Virus genome (UHGV): UHGV-0108244
Reading direction: 5' to 3' (one strand)
DNA length: 45,507 bases
DNA from: a virus
Part shown: piece after piece, positions 8,814 through 18,131 of the stretch
Layout of the letters: every line of letters starts with the position of its first letter
Numbering within the stretch: the first letter of the stretch is position 1
The notes under the pieces: model-generated
Databases searched by the model: none
What the model was told of the DNA's origin: nothing
Seen by the model: the letters and a program-made list of their open reading frames with translations, nothing else
Translations under genes and position numbers: made by a program

Positions 8814-9327
8814 CTGGAATGAAATATTCTCAATCGTAGATGGCAACCTTGTATGGGCCATAAAGCCAGCAAACCGAGTCAAGATTGGTGACATTGCAGG
8901 TCATCTTAATAATGGATACAGAAGAGTTGAATATGCAGGAGGGCAATATCAGGCCCATAGAATTGTATGGGAAATGGTGAAAGGGCCAATTCCTGAAGGT
9001 CTGGAAGTTGACCATATAAACCATGTCCGATCCGATAACAGGATTGAAAATCTTAGACTGATAATTCAGTCGGATAACATGCGCAATAAATCACTTCCTA
9101 GCACCAATAAGTCAGGTGAGATTGGAATCCATTGGAATAAAAAACTCCGCAAGTGGCATGTTCAGATCAGCGCTGATGGAAAAAGAAAATTCGTGGGTGT
9201 TTACGAGAGCATGGAAGCTGCAAAGGAGGCTAGAGACAAGGCAAAGGCTGAACATGGTTACCATGCCAACCATGGACTGCCTAATAGTCATAGCTATCAG
9301 CAACTGCAGCAAAAGCAGGAGGCCTGA
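8806..9327 (+). CDS. HNH homing endonuclease with a C-terminal AP2 domain
   Basis: [21 protein letters not shown]_3 motif and [17 protein letters not shown]2-like segment. Paralogue of the gene at 22333..22875. Confidence 0.75.
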   Translation: MPNWNEIFSIVDGNLVWAIKPANRVKIGDIAGHLNNGYRRVEYAGGQYQAHRIVWEMVKGPIPEGLEVDHINHVRSDNRIENLRLIIQSDNMRNKSLPSTNKSGEIGIHWNKKLRKWHVQISADGKRKFVGVYESMEAAKEARDKAKAEHGYHANHGLPNSHSYQQLQQKQEA

Positions 9328-9497
9328 TGAGCAGCCTTCTCGCCAAAGTAATGGAGCGCGGCATCTTCCGCGTGCCGGCGCGCCGCAAACGCAAAGTTGA
9401 AGTTAAACCTTCCGACATCCCGACATTTCACTATACGGCTCACCTGGCAGATGTCCGCTGGCTGCGCCGCGCTGCCCGGAGGAAAAGCCATGGCTGA
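9327..9497 (+). CDS. Small hypothetical protein, 56 aa
   Basis: ORF below the track threshold, coupled to the next gene. Confidence 0.3.
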   Translation: MSSLLAKVMERGIFRVPARRKRKVEVKPSDIPTFHYTAHLADVRWLRRAARRKSHG

Positions 9498-9780
9498 TTT
9501 ACGCAAAGCAGCTCGCGGTCGCGAATGTCAGGTTCGCATCCCTGGCGTCTGCAACGGCAACCCTGAGACCACGGTATTGGCCCATATCCGCATTGCTGGA
9601 TTGTGCGGGACCGGAATTAAGCCGCCTGATCTGATCGCAGCTATCGCCTGTTCATCCTGTCACGATGAAATAGACCGCCGCACGCGCCTGGTAGATGCGG
9701 AGTATGCGAAAGAGTGCGCACTGGAGGGAATGGCCCGAACGCAGGTTATCTGGATGAAAGAGGGGTTGATAAAAGCATGA
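9490..9780 (+). CDS. DUF1364-like nin-region protein ([23 protein letters not shown])
   Basis: Conserved N-terminus and cysteine pairs; starts at an internal Met of the longer supplied ORF. Confidence 0.55.
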   Translation: MADLRKAARGRECQVRIPGVCNGNPETTVLAHIRIAGLCGTGIKPPDLIAAIACSSCHDEIDRRTRLVDAEYAKECALEGMARTQVIWMKEGLIKA

Positions 9781-10139
9781 ACCAATATCGCATTTCTTTA
9801 CCCTGGCCACCCAGCAACAACCGCTACTACCGACACAACCGGGGGCGCACTCACATTAGCGCGGAAGGGCAGGCATACCGAGACAGCGTCGCCAGAATCA
9901 TCAAAGACTCGATGCTTGATATCGGCCTGGCCACGCCACTGAAAATCCGTATTGAGTGCCACATGCCGGATCGCCGGCGCCGTGACCTGGACAACCTGCA
10001 AAAGGCTGCATTCGATGCTCTGACGAAGTCAGGTTTCTGGCTCGATGACCAGCAGGTTGATTATTACAGCGTGAAGAGAATGCCTGTCGTCAAAGGTGGG
10101 CGGCTTGAGCTGACCGTTACCGAAATGGAGGCCGCATGA
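9777..10139 (+). CDS. rusA: RusA Holliday-junction resolvase
   Basis: [31 protein letters not shown] is near-identical to the RusA consensus. Confidence 0.9.
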   Translation: MNQYRISLPWPPSNNRYYRHNRGRTHISAEGQAYRDSVARIIKDSMLDIGLATPLKIRIECHMPDRRRRDLDNLQKAAFDALTKSGFWLDDQQVDYYSVKRMPVVKGGRLELTVTEMEAA

Positions 10140-10276
10140 GCCGTGACGTTATCGAACGCATCCGCGACCGTTGGCAAAAGCTCCGCCTCTGCCGGCACCG
10201 CGGCACCGTACTGGTTGACTACCGCATACTGAGAAATTTCGTTCGCATCTATCAGACCCTGGGAGAGACAGCATGA
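10136..10276 (+). CDS. Small hypothetical protein, 46 aa
   Basis: Coupled ORF between rusA and Q. Confidence 0.3.
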   Translation: MSRDVIERIRDRWQKLRLCRHRGTVLVDYRILRNFVRIYQTLGETA

Positions 10277-10773
10277 AACTGGAATTAACCAACGAACAGC
10301 ACCAGTGGATAGATCAGTGGCTCCAGCTTTGGGGCGCATGGTGCCAGACAGGGAAGATAGACAAGGCGATGATAAATATGATCGCCAAGTTCATGGCCAC
10401 CGTTGAGCCGCAAGCACCATCAAGGCCTGTATGCAGCGATGATGATGGGTTGCTGATTGATGCCGTCATCCGACATTACCTGAAAAACGTAGATGAGAAC
10501 GCATGGAAGGTGATTTTTGCCTATTACGTCTGTAACTCAAGCGAGATAAGGATCGCTTCATGGCAGCATGCTGTGAGCAAACCTCGCCTGATGAAGACCC
10601 GCGCCGGAAACCAGTATAAGCACCCGAGCATTTCAACCATCCGCCGGGAAGTTAAGCAGGTTATCAACGCGGCACTCTTTTGCCTGTACCAGCCGCTGCA
10701 AAATGCGTTTAACGATCGCGAAAGTGTGAGGAAAATTGCAAAAAATAGTCATAACGTGCTTGCATTTCAATGA
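10273..10773 (+). CDS. Q: Late-gene antiterminator Q-like
   Basis: WLQLWGAWCQ motif. Position immediately upstream of the terminator and lysis genes. Confidence 0.6.
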   Translation: MKLELTNEQHQWIDQWLQLWGAWCQTGKIDKAMINMIAKFMATVEPQAPSRPVCSDDDGLLIDAVIRHYLKNVDENAWKVIFAYYVCNSSEIRIASWQHAVSKPRLMKTRAGNQYKHPSISTIRREVKQVINAALFCLYQPLQNAFNDRESVRKIAKNSHNVLAFQ

Positions 10774-10835
10774 ACAAATGAGCAATATATTTAGTGTAGG
10801 TTGCCGTATTTGCGTTTGACCTATCAGAACACCGA

Positions 10836-10861
10836 GCCTCGCCATCGTGCGGGGCTTTTTT
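10836..10861 (+). terminator. tR'-like intrinsic terminator (GCCTCGC-CATCGT-GCGGGGC-TTTTTT)
   Basis: Hairpin plus T-run directly after Q. Confidence 0.7.
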
Positions 10862-10948
10862 ACGCCTGCGATCCGGTCAAGGCTCTTGGGTAAAGACGTG
10901 CTGCACGACACGTCGACACCCGCCGCGCAAGAGCCCCGACCAGATTGA

Positions 10949-11023
10949 GGGTCGATCGTATAAAGGTCATTACGGCAGGCTGTTAACCTGCTTATCGTGG
11001 TTCGATTCCACGTCGTCCCGCCA
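10949..11023 (+). tRNA. tRNA, probably Asn (anticodon GTT)
   Basis: Manual cloverleaf: acceptor GGGTCGA/TCGTCCC, T-arm CGTGG-TTCGATT-CCACG, discriminator then CCA. Confidence 0.6.
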
Positions 11024-11029
11024 AATTAC

Positions 11030-11105
11030 GGAGCTCTGGCGTAGATGGTTCGCGCGGATGCCTGAAGAGTATCAGGAGATGGTTCGATTCCATCGGGCTC
11101 CACCA
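11030..11105 (+). tRNA. tRNA, tentatively Phe (anticodon GAA)
   Basis: Acceptor GGAGCTC/GGGCTCC, T-arm GATGG-TTCGATT-CCATC, CCA end. Confidence 0.5.
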
Positions 11106-11110
11106 AATTA

Positions 11111-11186
11111 GCCGGCTTAGCTCCAATGGTAGAGCAGTCGCCTTGTAAGCGAATGGGTAGCGGTTCAAGTCCGTTAGCCGGCACCA
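11111..11186 (+). tRNA. tRNA, probably Thr (anticodon TGT)
   Basis: Acceptor GCCGGCT/AGCCGGC, anticodon loop CTTGTAA, CCA end. Confidence 0.6.
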
Positions 11187-11191
11187 ATTCA

Positions 11192-11268
11192 GCGCCATTA
11201 GCTCAACCGGATAGAGCAATAGCCTTCTAAGCTATCGGTTTCAGGTTCGAGTCCTGAATGGTGCACCA
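11192..11268 (+). tRNA. tRNA, probably Arg (anticodon TCT)
   Basis: Acceptor GCGCCAT/ATGGTGC, anticodon loop CTTCTAA, T-arm TCAGG-TTCGAGT-CCTGA, CCA end. Confidence 0.6.
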
Positions 11269-11402
11269 GATAAAGGCCTGACCTGATGACGGGCTCATAA
11301 CCCAACTTATCAGGGGCGCTGCTGCAACAGCGTCACAGGCCGCCAGACCCAGCCAGGGTATTTTCGGTCATCACCGACATTGCTATTACCCTCATGCTTA
11401 TT

Positions 11403-11427
11403 GCCCGCCTTTTTGCGGGCTTTTTTA
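11403..11427 (+). terminator. Intrinsic terminator GCCCGC-CTTTTT-GCGGGC-TTTTTT
   Basis: Hairpin plus T-run upstream of the holin. Confidence 0.6.
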
Positions 11428-11538
11428 TTATCAGGTCCCGCGGGAATCATCATCGACACGCTTCGTTGTTAAATCCAGCCCGACGGGCCTGACTCTTTCA
11501 AACGCACACAGCACCCGCTAACAACGCGAGGTGAGAGT

Positions 11539-11763
11539 ATGTATCGCATGGAAAAGATAACCACTGGTGCTGCCTATGGCGCTTCAGCCGGGAGCATCCT
11601 TAACGGCATGCTAAATGCCTATAGCCCCGAGCAGTGGAATGCCATCGGCGTACTGGTGGGCATTGTCATCGCCGTACTTACGTATCTGACGAATTTGTAC
11701 TTCAAGATTCGCGAAGACAATCGACGTAGCAGGAGCCGAGATGAACCCGACGCTGAGGAATAA
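11539..11763 (+). CDS. Holin
   Basis: [13 protein letters not shown]...[17 protein letters not shown] matches an enterobacterial phage holin family. One or two TM segments. Confidence 0.75.
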   Translation: MYRMEKITTGAAYGASAGSILNGMLNAYSPEQWNAIGVLVGIVIAVLTYLTNLYFKIREDNRRSRSRDEPDAEE

Positions 11764-12235
11764 GCTGATTGGTGCGATCGCCGGCGGTTCGGGCGCGATA
11801 GCCATTGCTTCCGTCATGCTTGGTAATGCCGACGGCCTGGAAGGAAGGCGTTATTACGCCTATCAGGATGTTGTCGGCGTCTGGACTGTTTGTGATGGTC
11901 ACACTGGCGCTGATATTCGCCGCGGCCACCGTTACACCGACAGAGAATGCGACAACCTGCTGAAGGCAGATCTGCGGAAGGTGGCAAGTGCAATTGACCC
12001 GCTTATCAAAGTCCGCATTCCTGATCCTACCCGCGCCGCGCTTTACTCATTCACCTACAACGTTGGCTCTGGAGCTTTCGCCAGTTCCACGCTGCTGAAG
12101 AAACTGAATGCTGGAGATGTGCCGGGCGCGTGCAAGGAACTGCAGCGCTGGACGTATGCCGGTGGCAAGCAGTGGAAGGGACTGATCACCAGGCGCGAGA
12201 TTGAGCGTGAAGTCTGCGAGTGGGGCCAGAAATGA
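11741..12235 (+). CDS. SAR endolysin (GH24 T4-like lysozyme with N-terminal signal-anchor-release domain)
   Basis: [22 protein letters not shown] segment; catalytic E...D...T context [22 protein letters not shown]. Confidence 0.85.
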   Translation: MNPTLRNKLIGAIAGGSGAIAIASVMLGNADGLEGRRYYAYQDVVGVWTVCDGHTGADIRRGHRYTDRECDNLLKADLRKVASAIDPLIKVRIPDPTRAALYSFTYNVGSGAFASSTLLKKLNAGDVPGACKELQRWTYAGGKQWKGLITRREIEREVCEWGQK

Positions 12236-12582
12236 GCCGATTAACCGCAATCATCAGCGCTGTAGTCATCCTGCTGCTTTCCTGCTTTTTCTCGTGGCGT
12301 TCTGGCTGGAATTCTCACGCTGACCATATCAACGCCCTTGCGGCGAAGAAGAAAGAGAAAGCCGAAAAGACTATCCAGCCAGTTGAGCAAAAGGCTGCTG
12401 CCGCTACAGAAGAGGGCAAGGTCATCTACCGAACCATAACCCGCGACGTGGTGAAATATGTCCAGTCTCCGAATCGTACTGTGTGCCGGTTTGACGATGA
12501 TGCTGTGCAGTTGCGCCAGCGAGCTATCGACGCTGCCAACGCCATCCCCGGATTTGATGAGCCCTCCGTGCAAAGCAAGTGA
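12232..12582 (+). CDS. Rz-like i-spanin
   Basis: N-terminal TM, then a charged coiled region. Follows the endolysin. Confidence 0.55.
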   Translation: MSRLTAIISAVVILLLSCFFSWRSGWNSHADHINALAAKKKEKAEKTIQPVEQKAAAATEEGKVIYRTITRDVVKYVQSPNRTVCRFDDDAVQLRQRAIDAANAIPGFDEPSVQSK

Positions 12583-12700
12583 CGCAGGGAAAGATACCGA
12601 CGAAGACCTGCAATCGGACGTCGAAACCGCTCAATGTCTGCGCCAACTGCGGTTGGATAAGTACCGCTGGCAGGCCTACTACCGGGCAATCAGCCAGTAG
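12458..12700 (+). CDS. Rz1-like o-spanin lipoprotein in the +1 frame, overlapping the Rz 3' end
   Basis: Lipobox-like [10 protein letters not shown] and a proline-rich mature part. Overlapping rather than embedded architecture. True start uncertain. Confidence 0.45.
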   Translation: MSSLRIVLCAGLTMMLCSCASELSTLPTPSPDLMSPPCKASDAGKDTDEDLQSDVETAQCLRQLRLDKYRWQAYYRAISQ

Positions 12701-12949
12701 CAGGAATACATCACCATGCAGTGTCTGAGGTGAAGATGTTGATACTCTTCATTCTTCTGTCGATCTGGCTCTGTCGACTGTCGGAGAGGCCTGGCTGGTT
12801 TAAGGTCAGCCATATTATCTCAATACTGGCGCTCGAAGAAGAGCATCCGGCGCGCAGAAAAGGGCTGCGCTGAGATAAGAGCCTGCATTACAAGAGCCAT
12901 TCCATAGAGTGGCTTCGATAATGAAAAGGGCGATAGCTCGCCCTTAATG

Positions 12950-13201
12950 TTAACCGCGCGCCTCCCTTCCTGGTTCGTCTTCAGCGACTCGGTATCGCCA
13001 GTATTTTTCAGGTTTAACCCAAACTACATTTTCACCGCTATCATCGCGAAACCTATTGATCACTTTAGTTGATAGCGCTTGGTTACCATCAGCATTTTCT
13101 TTTAGATGTTGTTCGTTGCTATTTTTAACGAGATAGTCGACAACATCTTGTTGGTAAAGACACTTTGATGACTGCAGATTAAACATCATCCAAGATGACA
13201 C
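12950..13201 (-). CDS. Opposite-strand moron, hypothetical 83 aa protein
   Basis: AT-rich ORF between the lysis and packaging modules. Confidence 0.4.
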   Translation of the reverse strand: MSSWMMFNLQSSKCLYQQDVVDYLVKNSNEQHLKENADGNQALSTKVINRFRDDSGENVVWVKPEKYWRYRVAEDEPGREARG

Positions 13202-13233
13202 GTCAGAAACTGATAGTCTTTGTGTGTTTGGGG

Positions 13234-13437
13234 TTACGGCTTTGGGGTTGGGACCATTAAAGAAGCTTCCGGGAATATTCCGCTATCAAGTTTCTTCCCC
13301 GCGAACCATTGGCATTTGTAAGAAAGTAATTTCTCTCCATATTGAGATGGCAAAATAACATCTTTGATAGTCATATCAGGGCCACCGGATTTAAGAGTAA
13401 CTATATCTCCAGCGGCATATTTAGCTTTGCTGCTCAT
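13234..13437 (-). CDS. DUF2158-like small protein (YodC-like)
   Basis: MSSKAKYAAGDIVTLKSGGPDMTI...KCQWF pattern. Confidence 0.5.
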   Translation of the reverse strand: MSSKAKYAAGDIVTLKSGGPDMTIKDVILPSQYGEKLLSYKCQWFAGKKLDSGIFPEASLMVPTPKP

Positions 13438-13463
13438 AAACACTCCCTACAATGAGATTTCCC

Positions 13464-13979
13464 ATGGCACTCACCGACAAGCAAGAGATGTTCTGTCGCG
13501 AGTACCTCATCGATTTAAACGCCACACGGGCGGCTATTCGGGCGGGGTACAGCGAAAAGACTGCTAACCGCACCGCATCCGAAAACCTGTCAAAACCTGA
13601 CATCCAGTCAAGAATTGCTGAACTCAAAGCGCAGCGCAATGATCTGGTTGGTATAAATGCGACATACGTCCTGAATCGTCTTGTTGAGATAGACCAGATG
13701 GACGTTCTCGACATCCTGACCTCGGCTGGAGAGCTAAAACCAGTAACTCAATGGCCGAAGGTCTGGAGGACGACGCTCTCCGGGCTGGATGTCATCGAGA
13801 TGGCAGCGGAGGGAAACACAACAACGCTGCTTAAGAAGATTAAGTGGCCTGATAAGGTGAAGAACCTTGAGCTTATTGGTAAGCACATCGACGTGCAGGC
13901 CTTCCGTGAGCAGGTGAAAACCGAGCTCGTCGTTGAATCAATTTCAGACCTTATGGATTCACTGTCTCAGGGGGCGTAA
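13464..13979 (+). CDS. Terminase small subunit (P27/Terminase_2 family)
   Basis: LTDKQEMFCREYLIDLNATRAAIRAGYSEKTA motif. Directly upstream of TerL. Confidence 0.7.
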   Translation: MALTDKQEMFCREYLIDLNATRAAIRAGYSEKTANRTASENLSKPDIQSRIAELKAQRNDLVGINATYVLNRLVEIDQMDVLDILTSAGELKPVTQWPKVWRTTLSGLDVIEMAAEGNTTTLLKKIKWPDKVKNLELIGKHIDVQAFREQVKTELVVESISDLMDSLSQGA

Positions 13980-15451
13980 TGAAACCTGAGCATCTAAAGC
14001 TGCTAGCTGATAAAGACTGGCGGCTGAACAATCTTTACTGGATCACCGACAAAGAAGGTAAGCCGACCCGCTTCAGAATGACGCCGGAGCAGCGGGAATA
14101 CTTCGAGGGGATTCACACCCGAAACATCATCCTGAAAGCTCGTCAGCTCGGCTTCACCACAGAGGTGTGCATCATCCAGCTCGACGCTGCTCTGTTCGAG
14201 TCGGCAAAGTGCGCGCTGATCGCCCACACGCTGAATGACGCAAAGCGCCTGTTCCGGGAAAAGGTGAAATATGCCTACGACAAGCTGCCGGCCGAGATAA
14301 AGGCAGCCAACCCGGCGAGTAACGACTCGGCCGGTGAGCTGGTCTTTAAGAAGGGCGGTTCTCTCTACGTCAGCACCTCATTTCGTGGCGGCACGCTGCG
14401 TTACCTGCATGTTTCCGAGTTCGGGAAGATATGCGCCAAGTATCCGGATAAAGCCCGGGAAATTGTCACTGGTGCGTTTGAGGCGGTATCGACAGGATGC
14501 TTCGCTACTATCGAGAGCACCGCAGAGGGCCGGGCGGGTTACTTCTTCGATTACTGCCAGACGGCAGAGAAAGCGCTGATGCAGGGCAAGCCGTTATCTG
14601 CGCTGGACTGGAAGTTTTTCTTCTTCTCCTGGTGGAAGAATCCACAGTACGCAATTGACCCGGTAGAACCGCTGCCGGCGCGCCTGCTTGAATACTTCGC
14701 TGAGATGGAGGCGAAACACGGCGTAGTCGTTAACGAACGGCAGAAGGCGTGGTATTACGCCAAAGAAAAGACGCTCGGCGACGACATGAAGCGCGAATAC
14801 CCGACCATTCCTGCAGAGGCGTTCCAGCAGTCGGTCGAGGGCGCGTACTACGCCAAACAATTCCGCTGGCTCTACACCAACAAGCGGATCGGCAAAATCC
14901 CAGATAACTCGCATCTACCGGTTCACACGTTCTGGGATATTGGTGTGGGCGACTCCACGGCGATCTGGTTCGTTCGCGAGGTCGGCGAAGAGTTTCACAT
15001 CATCGACTACTACGAAAACTCCGGCGAGGGGCTTCGGCACTACATGAAGGTGCTGAAAGACCGCGGCTATGAGTACGGTGAGCACTGGGGCCCGCACGAC
15101 ATCGAGAACCGCGAGTTTGCAGCTGATGCGAAGTCTCGCAAAGAGCTGGCGCGCGAGGGATACGAGATTGACGGCCGGATGTATTCGATGAACTTCCGCG
15201 TTGTGCCGAAAGCGGGGATCGATACCGGCATCGAGTCGGTGCGTGAAATCCTCAAATCCTGCGTTTTCGATGAGGAGAAGTGCGCTGTTGGCATCTCCCA
15301 CCTCGAAGGTTACCGCAAGGAGTGGGACGACAAGCGCGGCTGCTGGAAAGATAAACCCCTTCACGACTTCACATCGCACGGCGCCGACAGCTTTCGTTAC
15401 TTTGCCGTGGCGAAGAACAACCGCAAGCAGGTCGGCACAGTATTCTTCTAA
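13979..15451 (+). CDS. Terminase large subunit
   Basis: Walker A-like ILKARQLGFTT, 490 aa, coupled to the TerS stop (TAATGA). Confidence 0.85.
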   Translation: MKPEHLKLLADKDWRLNNLYWITDKEGKPTRFRMTPEQREYFEGIHTRNIILKARQLGFTTEVCIIQLDAALFESAKCALIAHTLNDAKRLFREKVKYAYDKLPAEIKAANPASNDSAGELVFKKGGSLYVSTSFRGGTLRYLHVSEFGKICAKYPDKAREIVTGAFEAVSTGCFATIESTAEGRAGYFFDYCQTAEKALMQGKPLSALDWKFFFFSWWKNPQYAIDPVEPLPARLLEYFAEMEAKHGVVVNERQKAWYYAKEKTLGDDMKREYPTIPAEAFQQSVEGAYYAKQFRWLYTNKRIGKIPDNSHLPVHTFWDIGVGDSTAIWFVREVGEEFHIIDYYENSGEGLRHYMKVLKDRGYEYGEHWGPHDIENREFAADAKSRKELAREGYEIDGRMYSMNFRVVPKAGIDTGIESVREILKSCVFDEEKCAVGISHLEGYRKEWDDKRGCWKDKPLHDFTSHGADSFRYFAVAKNNRKQVGTVFF

Positions 15452-15463
15452 GGAGCATCGCCA

Positions 15464-16927
15464 GTGAGCGAACAAGATAACGGCCTTCAACTGGCTGTGA
15501 ACAATCTCGCCACTGAAATGCGGCGAGCGAATTACCTTAACGCCATCGGTATCGGCGGGGGCAATACCAAGCGCCCGACGCTCTATCAGGAATTTGGCTA
15601 CCCGCGAACCATTACTTTCCATGACTTCTACAACATGTACCGGCGCAACGCAGTCGGCTTCGCTGTGGTGCACCGTCTTCTGGATGGTTGCTGGCAGGAC
15701 TATCCGGTTATCGTTGACGGTGATGTGTCCAAGAAGGCGAAGAAAACTAACCCATGGGAAAAGAAAGTCACCAGGTTTATGAAGAAATGGTGGCCAAAGG
15801 TGAAGGATGCCGATCGCCGCAATATGGTGGGGCGCTACTCCGCGCTGTTACTGCAGATCAAAGATAACCGGCCATGGAATGAGGAAGTCGACACTTCCCT
15901 TGTAAGGAGTCTCGGCGAGGCAGCGCTGGTTAAGCTGATCCCTGTATGGGAGCCGCAGCTGACAGTTGCTGAATGGGATAACGATCGCCAGTCCGAGACC
16001 TTCGGCCAGCCGAAGATGTTCAACTTCAACGAGCAGCCGGTTGGAGACGAGGCGTTCGTCGGTCCTACGCGCGGTGAGCCTGTGCATCCCGGCAGGGTGA
16101 TCCTGTTCTGCGAAGGTTCAGAGGATGACAACGTTCTGTCAGGTATCCCGCTGCTTGAGGCCGGATACAACAAAGGGCTCGACCTTGAGAAGATTTCCGG
16201 CGGTGGTGCTGAGGGCTTCCTGAAGAATGCCAGCCGGCAGATCGCGGTCGAGTTCAGCAAAGAAACAGACATGGCCACGTTAGCCGACCAGGCAAAGAAA
16301 GCTGGTTATGCCGACCTCGGCGAAGCGATGGGCGACAAGGTCAACAAGCTTAACCGCGGCACCGATGCGGCGGCGGTCATGCAGGCCGGGCAGATGCACG
16401 TTCTGAGCGTGACACCCGGCGACCCGGGGCCGACGTGGGAGGTCACCGCGAACGAACTGGCGGCATCAGTGCAAATCCCTTTCACCATCCTGTTTGGACA
16501 GCAGACCGGGCGCCTGGCGAGCGATGAGGATAAAACCGACTGGGCCATTCGCCGCAATACCCGCCGCAACGGCTTCCTTACTGACCGAATCACAGCCTTG
16601 CTGGAGCGCTTCTGGACCCTGGGCATTATCGATCCGCCGACAAATCGAGAGGTCACCATTTCATGGACCGACCTGCTGGCTCCCGGAGAGAAGGAGAAAA
16701 TCGAGAACGCTTCGAAACTGGCCGATATCGTTCAGAAAACTTCTGGCTTCTACGGTGGCGAACCGCCATTCACGGCCAACGAACTTCGCGAGATTGTAGG
16801 CCTCGACCCTCTGCCTGAGCCAAAGCAACCACCTAACCCGAATGACAAGGTGACAACCGATGATCCACTGGCCGATGACACCGGAGCAGACGGCAAAGGT
16901 GGGGCTGCCGATAGTTCCGCGCAGTAA
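15464..16927 (+). CDS. Portal protein (DUF1073-like)
   Basis: Size and position after TerL. Confidence 0.6.
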   Translation: MSEQDNGLQLAVNNLATEMRRANYLNAIGIGGGNTKRPTLYQEFGYPRTITFHDFYNMYRRNAVGFAVVHRLLDGCWQDYPVIVDGDVSKKAKKTNPWEKKVTRFMKKWWPKVKDADRRNMVGRYSALLLQIKDNRPWNEEVDTSLVRSLGEAALVKLIPVWEPQLTVAEWDNDRQSETFGQPKMFNFNEQPVGDEAFVGPTRGEPVHPGRVILFCEGSEDDNVLSGIPLLEAGYNKGLDLEKISGGGAEGFLKNASRQIAVEFSKETDMATLADQAKKAGYADLGEAMGDKVNKLNRGTDAAAVMQAGQMHVLSVTPGDPGPTWEVTANELAASVQIPFTILFGQQTGRLASDEDKTDWAIRRNTRRNGFLTDRITALLERFWTLGIIDPPTNREVTISWTDLLAPGEKEKIENASKLADIVQKTSGFYGGEPPFTANELREIVGLDPLPEPKQPPNPNDKVTTDDPLADDTGADGKGGAADSSAQ

Positions 16928-17861
16928 GGTTGACCCGACTCGATCAGCGAAGCAGGTCAGCGAGATGTTCCGGGATATCGAGGACCGGTATCTCGGCATC
17001 AAGCGCGCTCTGAAAACGCTCTTCGACCAGCGTCTGACCGGGAGAGAGCGAGAGGTTAACAGCCACAGCTGGCACTTCCTGTGCCACGACCACGGCGAGG
17101 ATGTGCGGCTTTACCAGGTCAACGCCGGCAAGTTTATCTACGACATGTCAGCGCAGGAACTGGCCGACCTGCTCGAAGCGGTACAGTCCATTCTCGACGA
17201 TTACCTACTGGAAGGCGGCGAACAAAACCTCTGGGCGATGGATTACGTCGCCGCAGAGGCGCAGCGCGGAACGCTTGAGGCCTTCAACAACCTCTCGCAG
17301 CAGTCGCAGGTGTACGCCAGCCAGACGACGTTACAGCAGCTTTTAAGCAGCCCTGGTCACCTTAATCAGGTGGCAGCCGCCAGACTAACAACGTTCAGTG
17401 ACTGGAAGGTCATCAGCGACACCGCTCGCGGCGATCTGACCAACATCATCACCGATGCGGTCGCGCGCGGGGTGAATCCTCGCGAGACGGCCAGCGTCAT
17501 CAGTAAGCGCCTCGACGTATCGATGTCGAAGGCCAAGACCATCGCTCAGACTGAGCAGGTCGGCGCGCTGCGCCAGGCGCAATGGAATGAAACTGATTGG
17601 GCCGCTGACCGGCTGGGGCTGAATACCGGCCTGCTATGGCTATCGGCACTCAAACCGACGACGCGCAGCTGGCACGCCAGCCGTCATGGCAAGGTCTACA
17701 CCACCGAGCAGGTGCGAGACTTCTACGCAGAAAACGGCAACCGGTACAACTGCTATTGCAGCCAGATTCCAGTGCTGCTCAACGACGACGGCAGCATTTT
17801 CAATCAGGGGTTAGCTGAGAAGCTGGCAAAAGAGCGCCAGCTTTGGAAGGGGGCTAATTGA
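16860..17861 (+). CDS. Head morphogenesis protein (Mu F / SPP1 gp7-like). Start uncertain: 16860, 16875 or 16965.
   Basis: Position after the portal; overlaps the portal 3' end. Confidence 0.55.
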   Translation: MIHWPMTPEQTAKVGLPIVPRSKVDPTRSAKQVSEMFRDIEDRYLGIKRALKTLFDQRLTGREREVNSHSWHFLCHDHGEDVRLYQVNAGKFIYDMSAQELADLLEAVQSILDDYLLEGGEQNLWAMDYVAAEAQRGTLEAFNNLSQQSQVYASQTTLQQLLSSPGHLNQVAAARLTTFSDWKVISDTARGDLTNIITDAVARGVNPRETASVISKRLDVSMSKAKTIAQTEQVGALRQAQWNETDWAADRLGLNTGLLWLSALKPTTRSWHASRHGKVYTTEQVRDFYAENGNRYNCYCSQIPVLLNDDGSIFNQGLAEKLAKERQLWKGAN

Positions 17862-18054
17862 TTGCGGTAACCATTACAACTCTCAGTCCATTGATAGATG
17901 TTGCGCTTGAAGCTGGGGTGTAATGAACAGAATCACGCATCGCTGCCTGAATAACCTCTTCATCAAATTTGGTTAATTCTTTATCGCTACTGACATTGAC
18001 ATCCCTGAAAGTTGGATCCCCATTAACCAGATAAGTAACCTTAAATAAAGCCAT
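17854..18054 (-). CDS. Small opposite-strand moron, 66 aa
   Basis: Strong GGAGG SD 7 nt upstream of the ATG. AT-rich. Sits between the MuF-like and DUF2213-like genes. Confidence 0.4.
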   Translation of the reverse strand: MALFKVTYLVNGDPTFRDVNVSSDKELTKFDEEVIQAAMRDSVHYTPASSATSINGLRVVMVTAIN

Positions 18055-18131
18055 TGTAATCCTCCATGTGTGTGCGGCTTAAACAAATTACTGCCCGCTG
18101 ATTAAGCGATCAAGAAACCTGAGGAATAATC

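Noticed and set aside
8238-8894. 218-aa minus-strand ORF
   Set aside because: Antisense to NinB and the HNH start; no SD. Typical shadow ORF in GC-rich DNA.
10992-11219. 75-aa minus-strand ORF
   Set aside because: Overlaps three tRNA genes. An artefact of tRNA secondary-structure sequence.
14915-15673. 252-aa minus-strand ORF
   Set aside because: Lies entirely within TerL/portal on the opposite strand. Shadow ORF.
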